Assembly (NCBI GenBank): GCA_024704765.1
Contig: JAKMXF010000047.1
Location: forward strand, 19,163 to 67,219
DNA length: 48,057 bases
From: Oopsacas minuta
Lineage: Eukaryota > Animalia > Porifera
Direction: 5' to 3'
Shown here: one piece after another, positions 24,090 to 35,965 of the stretch
How positions within the stretch are numbered: the first letter of the stretch is position 1
How the letters are laid out: the number at the start of each line of letters is the position of its first letter
The notes under the pieces: generated by a model
Database searches by the model: none
Told to the model about the DNA's origin: nothing
Seen by the model: only the letters and a program-made list of their open reading frames with translations
Translations under genes and position numbers: made by a program

Positions 24090-24950
24090 CATAGCAGCAC
24101 CATTAATGTCCTGTTTAAACATCACATCTCCCAAAAGCCTTTATAATGTTTCGATATCACCTAATATGTCCCAAAACGAAGCGCTCTTTTAGTCCGAAGC
24201 ACGATAAAGTCACAAATACATTAAATGTTCCGTTTGCGCATTAGATACCAAAAAAGCAACATTTATGTCCGGTAAGCAACATATATTTCCTAATAGTACT
24301 TGAAATGTCCCGATAGCACAGTATATTCCAAAGGTAAAGCATCATAAAAGTCCCGCCCGCACTTTGATGTCCGGTTATCACATTAAATGTCCCAATAGCT
24401 CCATTACTTTCCTCTTATAACATTTTATATCCCGATATTAGGGATCGACTGGCCTACGGAGAAGAACGGGAGATCTTCCGATAGATCGATGGGCCAGTGA
24501 GCTGCTTATAAACCATTCTGTGCAGTGCAAGAATTTTTCAAAACACAATAGAACTGTCAAACGACGATAAATATTATGGAAGTATTTCAAGGTCTGCCAT
24601 TATCATGATCATTCTGCCCATTTTCTATTGTCAATATATTACGGTAATCTAATTCTCCAAACTATATTTACTCCTTATCTTGCTGCCTGGGCTACATTAG
24701 AGGTCGCAATCTCGGCGTTTTTGCATTCTAATTAGAACGTGTTAGAGAATATATTTTGATAGGGCAAGACATTTTGACACCTATCACATAGAGTTTTTAG
24801 AGATATCATTTAGATATTATAATTTCATTACTTTCTATACACATGATAAGGACTAATCTCTAACTCTTACTATGTCCCAATCTCACATAATATGTCAAGA
24901 TATCACCTTATATGTCTCATTGGGCCCTTAAATTTCTTAAAACTTCAATA
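24090..24950. repeat. Reverse-orientation patch of the ~20-bp minisatellite, interrupted at ~24440-24780
   Basis: Repeated ATGTCCCAATAGC / ATGTCCCGATAGCAC / AGCACCATTAATGTCC motifs. Confidence 0.65.
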
Positions 24951-25114
24951 CTTAATCTAAGGCAACCCCCGTTGGACGAAGTATCTCCTTTCTACTGTAT
25001 GTAATATCCGAAAAGTGTAAAAAAGATAATAATTCGAAATTTGAAAATATTATATGATTCAATTATCAGACTATTTTAGCATAAAACTATTTAATGTAGA
25101 AAAGGTAAAAGATT

Positions 25115-27786
25115 TCAATTTAAGCGATAAGAACGACCAACTGTGTGGTCCTTGTCAATACACATCTTCTTGCACGAAGGTATCTCTAAGGTACGTACCT
25201 TTGTGATAATCTTTGTATTCACAATGTGTTCTGGATAACTTTCATATAGTACTGAAAGAATTGGAGAGAACTGATGGCATGTGTAAGCTCGTTCCAAAAT
25301 ATCGCTCTTAGATATACTGACTTTGCTAGCTACACGCGAAATTAAATCAGAAAAAAATCTTTTAAATATTCTCATCATTCTGGTTTCTAAATATACTTCT
25401 TGGATGGGCTTTTCGTAATTCCATTTTAGAATATGGATTACGACGATTTTTCTTTACAGAAATAATTACTCGATTCAAACATAAGTGAAAAGGCTTCATC
25501 TTGATTCCCATGTCAATCTTGTTCAGATTATGCTCACATTTCAAAGAGGTAGATTCATGGACGGATGATTCAATAGATAAATTAAATGCAGAATCGCTAG
25601 ATTCACAGCTGTATGAATGGTAATCCGATGAGCAGTGCGTTGGAATAGGACCCGCTGTTATAACTGTGTTAGTCTCCAGTGAAAAATCTGGAAATATCAA
25701 TGATTCCGAGAGAGGAGAATTTGATACACGAGATGAACTTAAGTTAGTTGATTCCATCTCAGGTATAATTGGAACAAAATCTTCAAGTTGGGTAGTAGTA
25801 GGCAGAAGATCTTTGTCAGAGCAATGGAAATCACGGGTAATACTATTGTGCGATTGAGTTACTTCAATAGTCCTAGAGTACAAATCTTTAAGGGGAGTTG
25901 AGGTATGATTAGAAGTATTTGTCAAATATTCAGAATCATCTCCATGTAGACTGAGCAACGATTGGGTTGAATCAGAATCACAATTTTGAACGGTATCACG
26001 GACATCGATATTTGTAAGTGCTGAAGAACATTCTGATAGTCCATTAATTAACTCTGAATCTTTAGTAGAGATAGATTCCCAGATTCTACAGTAGTGTTGC
26101 AATAATTCAAATGATCAGGATCAGATTGATAATTCTCAAGACTTTTAAAAGCCTCAGCTAGTCCATCATGTCCAACATTCATCACATAGTACTTGTCGTG
26201 GGCCTTTCTACTGTGGCTAAGAAACAAAGACATCACATCGTTCATTTCGGGATCAAATTTCGCAGTTAATGTAGCCGCAGCTTTTCTAATATCAGTTAAT
26301 GTACCAGTAAAAGAAATACCCATTTGAGAGAGAAAATTCCTCAATATCGGAGTGATTCTGGGCGATGGTATTGGTTGACCCATATAAGTCTGGAAAACAA
26401 AAGATTCTTTTGATAATTGAATGGTATTAGACAGGTAACAAGGAAGTTTATACAAAATAATATGCACAAAGATATCAAGAGAACAAAAATTTCAGGGTAT
26501 ACAAATAAAGTGGCTGGCTGAATATTTCCAGTTTTATGATTTGCAACAATAATCTTATGATAACCCTGTTCAGTAATTTCTAATTCTGCCGATTCTATTT
26601 CCTCAATAATGACTCCAGAAATAACACCCGGTCTAAGTCCATTTGGGATAATTAACTCTGTCATCAAAAAGTTTCGCATCTTTAAATAGTCATCTTGTGA
26701 TAAATTTATATCATCGTTTCCGGTATACCCCTCGAAAAGAAACAAGGAATTGTAAGTTTTACGTTGCTCACGCCACATCTTAAGAACTTTAGTAGTATCA
26801 CTAAATTCCTTTCGGCTCTTTGTAAATATCACTTTTCGTCTCTTTTTCTGTAATTTATTTAATGAAACTATCATACCTTTGATAGTGGATATCAATAATT
26901 GTAATTTGCTTGCATTAGGTAGAAGATCGGCACGATATATTGTTAAGTATTCAACAAACCTCGAAATAGGTAATAGTCTAGAATATAGTGTTGATTGTGA
27001 TTTACCTAATTCCAACTCCCTAGATATATGGTGGTTCAATTTTGAGGAATTGAAAAATGATTTTTCACCTAGAGCATTAAAGATGAATATAATGTTTCGA
27101 TAGTCCATCATTCTGAATTGTAGTGATCTTGAACCTCCGCATATAGTCAAAGAATGATCTCGAAAAGAATAAATGGAGTTCAAAAAATGCTGAGATATAG
27201 TCTTATTAATATTTTTGGGTATAAAAATTGGGTTGTCCTCTAGGATTTCATCATTGGAATCAGCACCTTCTGGAAACTCAAAGGGATCATCGTTTAGATC
27301 ACTCTTTTCCATTCCATCAACTTCACCTACATCTATTTCACAGTTTTCGGTGGATTTTTCCTCAATAACATCTAAAAGTTTGGAAGAAAGAGTAACTTTA
27401 TCATTAATGTCGATAACAGGATTAAACTTAAGATTATTCTGATTAAAGAAGACACGCCGTTGAATACTTTCACAATTTTTCAGAACTTTGTCATAAGCAA
27501 CATCTGTAGATTTTAGTCCATGAAATCGGGTCAAATGAGTAGGTAAATCTTTGACAACATTATTACACCCATTGATCGTACATCTACTTCCAGTTACAAT
27601 CGAATTAACAACATTTCCGTAATCTCGCCTTGAATAACGGGTTTGAAAAATAATTTCGCCTAACTGTTTGGAAGAAATCTTTTTCTGTTTGACATGATAC
27701 CTTAGATGACGCTTGTATTTTTTCGCATTCTTATATTGGAAGCAGATCTCACAAAGAACTCTAGATACTGTTGAATTCGACGTGTC
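25115..27786 (-). CDS. Zinc-finger + tyrosine recombinase (phage-integrase-like) protein, three small frameshifts
   Basis: The frame of ORF 26341-27534 stays open upstream through CEIC..RHLRYH and CTINGC..THLTRFH to a TTTTAG acceptor at ~27786. Catalytic motifs: NGLRPG (R), NHKT (K), TDIRK (HxxR variant), LSHS (H), DKYY (Y), across ORFs 26341-27534 and 26048-26467. An S/T-rich linker (25362-26102) and a C-terminal ORF (25115-25378) follow. Confidence 0.8.
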
Positions 27787-28115
27787 TAAAATAGAAAGAA
27801 TATAATCACAAGAACAAATAGAAAAATACTCCCAAAGTTCTGATCTATTTAAACGGAAATAGTGCTACGAAGGTCCATAAGAACAACTGTCCCAGTTTGC
27901 CCGGTCCAGCATGTATAGACAGTGTAGACTGGGACAAACGATTCTAGCCAGGTCGTGGTCAATCCAGTTCGAATCTAGAATATTGGCGGTACATATCGAT
28001 TTGAATCGCTCCCTATAGCCATATTCAATGCTAACAAGATTATTGTGTTACTCTAAGACTAACACAACGAGCGCACATCACTTGATCGACGCTTCAGGAT
28101 GAGACAGACCTTAGA

Positions 28116-28136
28116 AACAACCGCTCTGCGGTTGTT
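28116..28136. other. Perfect 9-bp-stem inverted repeat upstream of the recombinase gene
   Basis: AACAACCGC-TCT-GCGGTTGTT. Confidence 0.7.
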
Positions 28137-28427
28137 GCTTGGATGCTTTTAGTACTTCAAGCTCAAGTATTGCCTAGGGTGCATAAGTTGACCCTGATAT
28201 TGGAAACAACACTTGGCTCAATATTATTTATGTAATGTATATCTTAAAATTCATAACGTAACATTTCTATTTAGATTCATTTAGAGTTAAGGTGTGTGGA
28301 ATTCGATTATCCTAAGTAAGTTTCTAAATGAGATTTGACCGGTTTTCTGGGAAGTTTCAGTATTGTATACGTCTTATCTATGTAGATAGTATCTAACTTA
28401 GAGTGGCTGTATTGGGTGCGGTTGTAT

Positions 28428-28446
28428 CTGTCTCTTATACACATCT
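28428..28446 (+). other. Tn5 mosaic end / Nextera adapter (library artefact)
   Basis: Exact 19-mer CTGTCTCTTATACACATCT. Confidence 0.95.
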
Positions 28447-28596
28447 AATAATACAGATTACTAGGCTATTGAATCTTCTTCAACAGACTAGTAATCTGGA
28501 CTCTATAATAGAATACTACGTGTATAAGGCTCTCCAAAATCAAAAGAAAATTTTCTGAAACAGTACCACATAGGACATCAAAATGCATTATTAGTA

Positions 28597-28782
28597 CAGT
28601 AGAACTCGGATAAGACGTACCCGCTCGGGAAACAGAAATTAGTACGTCTTAACCGAGTGTACGTCTTATCCGAATATGTTTGCATTACAAATAATGATGA
28701 CTGATATTTTGGGATATAAGAAATGGTACGTCTTAACCGAGTGTACGTCTTAAGCCGAGTACGTCTTATCCGAGTTCTACTG
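28597..28782. mobile_element. 186-bp pogo/Tigger-type MITE
   Basis: Perfect 24-bp TIR CAGTAGAACTCGGATAAGACGTAC, TA on both sides, and internal GTACGTCTTA repeats. Confidence 0.9.
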
Positions 28783-30077
28783 TATATATCAGTCCGGTTC
28801 GATATCTATTGAATGTAAATTTATTCCGATAATTAGTACTCTGGAGAAGGAGTAGGAATATTCGCATTCCCCTGGTGTACGTATTAACGATACTCTACTG
28901 TAGTTATGAGTGAAATTATAGGCTATATTTACAAATGAGTTGAAAATCAAGAGTTTTAATACTCGGAACATGGGTAAATAATGGATAATCCTGTTTCTTT
29001 AAAAATAACTTTCTCGTCTTAATTAACACATACGTATAAAACTACAATATTGAAATAATGAATTACATGATGTGTATTCTGCTAATGGGGAAAATGGAAC
29101 TAAATACTATGAAGGGAATCGAAAATATACAAAAATATGTTGAAAAAAACTGTAAATTTTCTCTAAAATTCCTGATCTGTGTATACAAAACCGTGAATAG
29201 TCAAGGGAATGTCACAACAAACAAAACACAAAATATCATTCAGGAATAGTCAAACCGCGACGGTATACTCGCGAACTTCGAGGGATCCCTGTTGTGTATT
29301 ATTCGCTCGAATTGCATTTGATTCTATCTCAATCGATCCAATTCCAGGGTATAAAATTATTCAATCATATTCCTATCTATCCCAATCCGCATAGTGGGCT
29401 ACTAAGATGCATTAGGCCCAAATTCTTACCTTCTATTCATACCATTTTGAATTATGAATTAGATTCTAGTTTTATTCAATGAACAATATGTAAAGTATCA
29501 GATGAAATAGTTAGGTATTTCAGTTTTTGTGGTCAATCAAATCTAGAACTTCATTGCTGTATTCTATGTTTATACATGCATTATATAAATGACAGAAGCA
29601 ATTTCAATAATCTGATAAATGTATGATGCATACTATTGTTCATCTACATGCATCCCAAGCAAAGTGAGTGTGCTGAATTTGAATATATCATTATTTTTCT
29701 TCAGGAACGAGAAGGTTAATCAGATACTACGGATACAATACTGTGAAAAATTTTGTAGAAATTCCTCTAGGTCATAAGCCATATTAGTGACAGCAAATTT
29801 GTTTCCACTAGTTTCTACCCTGAATCTTTAGTATATTATCTTGTCAAGTAATTTAAACATTATATTAAAAGTACAAATGTCGCTTCATTGCGTAACATAT
29901 TAAATTTTATCGAATTCTATTCTCACATTTATATTGCTATGGTACAATATAATGTAATTACATTGTCATTTGACACCAATATAACGCAATAATTATCTAT
30001 ATATACTGAATACTACGAGGTAGCATACAAGTTCATCAACTTGATAACCTATAAAACCTCTATTTATCAATTTAAAG

Positions 30078-31560
30078 ATGGCTGAAGCAACAAAATTATC
30101 TGAAAACCTGAAAACACGTCTTGACTTGGCCATCATACTGAAGGCTCAGGACTATAATATCAATTAAGCAGCAGATGAAGTAGTGTGTTTACTAAATCTC
30201 GAAGAAGACAAGAGACATTCTGTATACTCTCTAATGTCTAAAATATCATTTAATGTCAGAAAGACTAAGAAATCTATTGTGAGCTTAGATAATGAGTGGT
30301 GGAGTGCAAGTATTCCATGGATCCCTGTTACTTAAGAGCACCCAATCATTACTTTCTGTTTCAGGCTGTGATGTAGAAAGCGGTGTCATATTGGTTCCAA
30401 ATGTCGAGAGGAGAAAGTCAATGGATGACATTCAAGTGCATTCTAAAAAGATCAGGCTTGATCAGATTGGGATACCTACTTCCATCGTCAGATAGCACAA
30501 CTTGAAAATATTTCAGGTATTCGCTACATTGCTCTCCTCTTGTATATTGCAGCTGTAGAACAAATTGGTTTTAAAGGCATCGTAAACATCGCTTGGAAAA
30601 TCTATAACGAACAATCGATACCATCCCTCAGTAACGTAGTTTCACCAGAAAAATCAACATTCTTAGCATATCAACTTGAGCTCGGGAAAGGAAAATGGAG
30701 AGATCTTAAATAATATCTCCAATCAAAAGGCCTAGTTTTGTCAACATGGGAAAAAATTACTGAAATTAGAAATTCAATTGTTCCAACATTTAACTGGTAT
30801 CCAAATGCTTCCAATCCTATAGGGGCCTATATTTCTTACTCATCACATGTAATTTCTCTTCTTGACCGGTTGTGAAAGAATGTGTGGTAAATTTTCCTGA
30901 ACCACACTTCTATCCATTAACACCCAAAACCAAGCATGGATTGGATGGTTCTGGATCTCATTCTTCCCCTAAGTTATTATCAGACTTGAATATAGACCGA
31001 TTAAATTATATTGTCTTTTCATGGTTTCACTCCTTCAGGAATAGATCGATTCGTGAATCTTCTGTGGGAAAATAGACATCCAAACTCGTGGTTTTCTAGT
31101 CAACCAGTATCACTTATTGGCCAAAAGGGGACTATTGACACTGTTATAGAATTGAGCAAGTTTTTAAACCCTGAAATTGTTTCAATTAATGAGAATGGTT
31201 TTGATCACAACAATTGCCATGTTAAAGTAGAAGTCAAAGCTTCGATGTTTGAAGGCTAAACGTTAGCAACAATGACAGATAAAGGAGGAGCGCCATGTAT
31301 TGCCTACAAAGCAACCCGAAGTCATATAAATAATATCACGAAAGTGGTTTGCGGGTTTACTTTGGATTGTTCGATATAGGATATCAAAGAGACAATCCGT
31401 CAGTTAACCTCTGATGGAAAAGAGTTGATGAGCTACAATACAAAGCAACGGTGTGGAATTACACACAAACCTGCAAGTGGCATTGATGTATTTCCTGCAG
31501 CACCTCTACATTCTTATCTAAGGATTTTAGATTGGTTCTTGAACCTCATCTAGATTTCTG
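30078..31560 (+). pseudogene. RAG1-core/Transib-like transposase relic 1 (N-terminus to first ZnH2 His)
   Basis: KHGLDGSG (first D, 30944), LLWENRHPNSWFSSQPVSL, ASMFEG* (second-D position), GGAPCIAY, GITHKP and APLHSYLRILDWFL. Many stops and frameshifts. Confidence 0.75.
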
Positions 31561-31736
31561 TATTACTATATACGGTAATTAAGATTTCGTCATATATTGA
31601 AACCCTGATGTGATACCACAAAATTGAAATCAACAAACGAACTGCGATAGTCGACTTACTATATAGTAATAATGCATTGTATAAGCCTATATCTAAAATT
31701 GAACGCATAAAGCCCTAATACTAGAAATTCGCAATT

Positions 31737-31749
31737 ATAACCCACTGTG
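31737..31749 (-). repeat. Putative Transib/RAG-type right terminus with RSS heptamer (CACAGTGGGTTAT on the minus strand)
   Basis: ATAACCCACTGTG, identical to 41609-41621; lies ~190 bp after relic 1. Confidence 0.6.
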
Positions 31750-32479
31750 AATCTGTTTCACGTCCTATAGATTAGATAAAATATTCAGCCAAGTATTGTC
31801 CCAAAAATAAGGGGTAACATATGCAGTCTAGCGCACTATTGCCGCTTCGGGGCGACAAATCATATAATTATTCAAATCTGAGCAGTTCGAGCATTGAAAT
31901 AAATATTGAAAATAGATTTTCAATCCACGGTCAACCCTCTCAAGATGCATATGGGCGGTATTTCACAACATTATCACATGATTATATAACGTTATGATAG
32001 AAAATATTTAGTCAAAAAATTAATAAATGCTATACATTCGTGTCAAATTGAAAGGATATTATTGAAAGATCTTCCGAATAGTTTAGATAGATTTAATTGA
32101 GATAATGTAGTACTAGTGACAATAAGAAATTTAATGGCCAGAAACTTAAAGCTGGCAATAAAGAAGAAACAGGTCACAAAATAACAATAGAATATTTGGA
32201 TGATTAGTATTGGCCATCTCTCAACTACACTGTATCATAAGATACAACTTTGGTGACATCGAATATTCGAAGGATTAGAAAGGGTTAGTTAGTTACTTCC
32301 GAATATTAGTCTCAGCCCAAATAATTTGTTCATTTCTATACAAAGAAACTATAAAAGGGGAAGAGTGGATAGGGTACGCCTGAGAGTGCATTTGGGAGTC
32401 CCAATGTTCACTACATCTATATTATTCAAACTAATTAATCTATATGTGTATATATCTATACTGTTAAAACGCAATTTAT

Positions 32480-33090
32480 CAATGTGTATGTATGTATGTC
32501 CAGAAATGATTGAAGAAACTGGAGGACCCCAGGACTGATTTTGCATACAGGGGTATTTTGGGCCTGGATTGGACAAGTTCAAGTCTTGGGCGAAAATATG
32601 ACGTCATTATCACCTTTTTGGATCTTCAACAATTCACATTATTAACCACTGTTCAGCCAATATACAAAATATAGGTTTGAAATCAGGTAGGCCTAATGTA
32701 AAAATGTCCTGAAGGTATGATTCTGACCAGAAGCTAACTCATCAAGAGATTATTACGTCAACATGATTGTACCAAAAATCAAAATTCTACAAATTTAGAT
32801 ATTCTTGAGAATTTCTAACATTCTAGACACGAAGTAGCCAGATTACTAACCTAAAGCCACGTAGGATCTGAAGTGTTACCACAGAAGCCCATTCAATGGA
32901 ATTTAAATGGACTAGAATATTTAAAATTAAAATTAACAAAACAAATAAACCACGAGGCACGTAGTGCTTGAGTATATCCAGTTGCGTAGCGACCAAAAGC
33001 ATTGAGAAATGCAGCTGTTTAATACTTAAGCTAACATGAGGCCCTAAGCTGTCGCACAGAGACCTAGCAAGCGAAACATGCTAGTATAAT
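32480..33090 (+). repeat. Helitron/Helentron-like interspersed repeat, copy 2
   Basis: Collinear with 3312-3930. Ends ...CCTAGCAAGCGAAACATGCTAGT. Confidence 0.6.
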
Positions 33091-33129
33091 ATCACTCATG
33101 AGAATTGAAATGTAAAATTTTGATTCAGA

Positions 33130-34040
33130 ATAGATATTTAACTTGTATAGCTGTTGAGAGGGAGGCAAGAGTAGTTCTGGAATGTCTTAAGATTCTTCTG
33201 GAAACTATCAGCCATTGCTCTGTTGCCTGTTAAATCAGTTGGACTATCTTTAGGACTCTAAAACACGCAAGAATGGAGGCACAATGTGTTAAGAAGGCAT
33301 CGACCTCGGTAGGCGCATTATCCACCCAGTTGGAGACAAAGGGCGCAACATGTGATTGTTTCGTTGTAATTCTCCACCTTCTATATGAGTCACAATCTTT
33401 TTGAATTTATCCCGCGTTTTGGAAGAGCTTTATGAAGGTGAACCACTATGTTTATTCTCTCCATGGCCAAATCTACCTCATAGTTTGATTAAGTGAATCA
33501 TGCACGATCAAATTTAGTTGATGGCCAAAGCAAATAGAGGGCATTTTCATTTTCTGCCAGAACCTTGGCTTGGAGACCGTTTAGTCTTCCTGCCATATTG
33601 GAGGCGGCATAGGCTCCTCGTCCACGAACATCAGAGAAGGGCAGCCCAAACTTGGCAGTGAGAACTTCACTTGGTTAAGAAGCGTCTCTGAGTCTGTGTG
33701 ACCTGTTTTGTGGAATCCCAAAACACCTCATCGCTTTTAATTTACTATAACAGAAGCGCACGTAGGAGCTGACTTGCTGGGAGCGATTTATATCACTCGT
33801 TTCCTCAACAATGATCGAGAAAGAGGAACTTTTGATCTACCAAAGGTGAACGCCCAGTTTTGAAGAAATTGACCCCCTCAACCATTTTCGAAGGGGGACC
33901 AATTCTACAAAATAGCCAATCTCAATGAACGCGGGCCTGCGGAAGTGGTCAGTCAGTTCAGATAATTGCTGGACCACTTTCCCATGATTACAAGTTTGTT
34001 TTACCAATTCCATTTGCTTCTGCTGGTCTGCCTTGTGACC
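33130..34040 (-). pseudogene. hAT transposase relic, ZMYM1-like/Tip group
   Basis: The minus strand reads FSIIVEETSDINRSQQVSSYVRF and FGLPFSDVRG...ASNMAGRLNGLQAKVLAENENALY. Confidence 0.8.
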
Positions 34041-34144
34041 TAGATTGTAGTTAGCAATTTACATTGGGACGTACGGGGATAAATAAATAAATAAGCAAGC
34101 AATTAATTATATGTGGCATCACCTTATCTAGATATCTCAATCAA

Positions 34145-34217
34145 TATAGTCAACTCCACTTATTCGGGACAAAAGCTCTGGAACAAAAGTGACCCAATTA
34201 AGCGGAGTTGAATGTAT
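34145..34217. mobile_element. Tiny decayed pogo-type MITE
   Basis: TCAACTCCACTTATT ... AATTAAGCGGAGTTGA inverted ends. Confidence 0.5.
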
Positions 34218-34249
34218 GTGATTAAAGTTTCAACAATGGCACCAAGGAT

Positions 34250-35640
34250 ACATTTTGTCACGTCATCTCTCGTATTTTAAGAAGCAATAAATCAGAGTTT
34301 CAAACTAGATAGTATATTGAAGAAAAGATCAACATTCTGACTAGAGGAAAGAAAATCCAAGGTAAATAGTAATCCAAATGGCATAGACTGAACAAAAAGT
34401 ACACACTTAGAGAATGTCAAACATCCAAGATAGTATATCTTCGTGGAAGTGATCATGCACCAGCAAGAGAGTGGTAGCGATTGAAGATATTCACGAAATA
34501 TTCAAAAAAGGGCATGAGATCTAAACAATTGTGGTCAAACAGGGCTCTACAACGTCTATCAATGGAGTATCATGGAATTTTTCGTTCCCTATGTCAAACC
34601 TTTGCCAATCACTGCGAAATCTGCCAACTTAAAAAATCAAGAAAATCATGAAATCTCTGAAAATTTAACCGATTTCTTCTTATCATTATCTTTCTCGGAG
34701 TCAAATCAATTTTATTGACTTCCCTAGCGTATTCCCTGAGATAAATCAGCCGTACAAATGGCTCGCAGCATATTTACACCATTTTACCAACTTCATTCGG
34801 CTCAGATCTCTATAAAGGAAATCTGCTGAAAAAGTGGCTCATTTCCTCATGAACCTATTTTTGTGAACAAGGCCCACATCTAATATTGCAATCAGGCAAT
34901 GGAAGAGAATTTAAAAATTCTTTGTTATTCCAGATAATTAATGAAAAGTGACCTGCAACCAAAATTATTCGTGGCACAACCTCGTCAACCTGAATCCCAG
35001 TGCTCAGTGGAACGAGCGAACCAAGACATGAAAGAAAATTTACCATAAGGATGTTAGAGAATGAGAATGAGAATGATACTAATTGGAACAAATATGTAAG
35101 GTTAGTGCAGTATAAGAAGAACACGAATTACCATTCAACTATTGGAATGACGCCCTTTCAAGCAATCTTAGTAGAAAACCGCCCATTGGGCCAGAGGTAT
35201 CTGTTCATCGTATTCGAATCGAATTAATGTCCGATATATCTACAGGGGAGGATCTCGACAGCCATTCAAGAGTTAAATTATAGCAAACTCCCTCAACCTG
35301 AAACTTCTTAGACAGAATATCAAATATACTCTAACCTCTCTAGCCCAGCTCAAGCCGAGCGTTTGAGTTTAATTCCGATCCATATTTAGAGGAAATATCA
35401 CAACCGCTAGCTAACATTGTTCATCTTTATGAAGAATCACAAATTTGTATTTTCCATCCGAATGTTTGCCATCTGCTCCATTTAATTCAAAGTTTCCTAT
35501 TGTGGAGGATTTAGAAGTCAGTAAACAAAAGAATCAGTTCATATTGAATCCCAATCAGTAACTTCACATAAAATGTGCTGTTTGTGACAAAGAAACAACT
35601 CAAGCGTACAGTTGTCCCGATGTTTCAGGCACATACATAG
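34250..35640 (+). pseudogene. rve-type integrase relic, KRBA2/SCAND3 (Ginger-like) family
   Basis: YKWLAAYLHHFTNFIRLRSL, GPHLILQSGNGREF, VQYKKNTNYHSTIGMTPFQA, and a C-terminal KCAVCD...C..C..H. Confidence 0.75.
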
Positions 35641-35965
35641 GCATCGTTGCAGGGGGGTGGGGAAGCCTGCCCCCCCAGAAAAATGTTGGGGAAGTCTGGG
35701 CCTAACTCGCCCCAGGATATGTTACCTGAAATGGGTTTTTCTTTAAAATGAGTTGATATATATAAAATAATAGTGCTGTTGTATGACTATTTAATAACCA
35801 TAACGGTTTCCTTACATCTATTACGTGAACCATGGATATTTCTATCCATAACGGTTTACTTACCTTTCTCTATTTCTCTATTATTTCTATTCTCTATAGC
35901 TTCACAATTTATACTTCCTATTACACATCTACTTATTCGATTTGCACATTATGCATCACGTAAGC

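Noticed and set aside
31700-31749. Complete RSS (heptamer plus nonamer)
   Set aside because: No ACAAAAACC-like nonamer at 12 or 23 bp inward of either heptamer.
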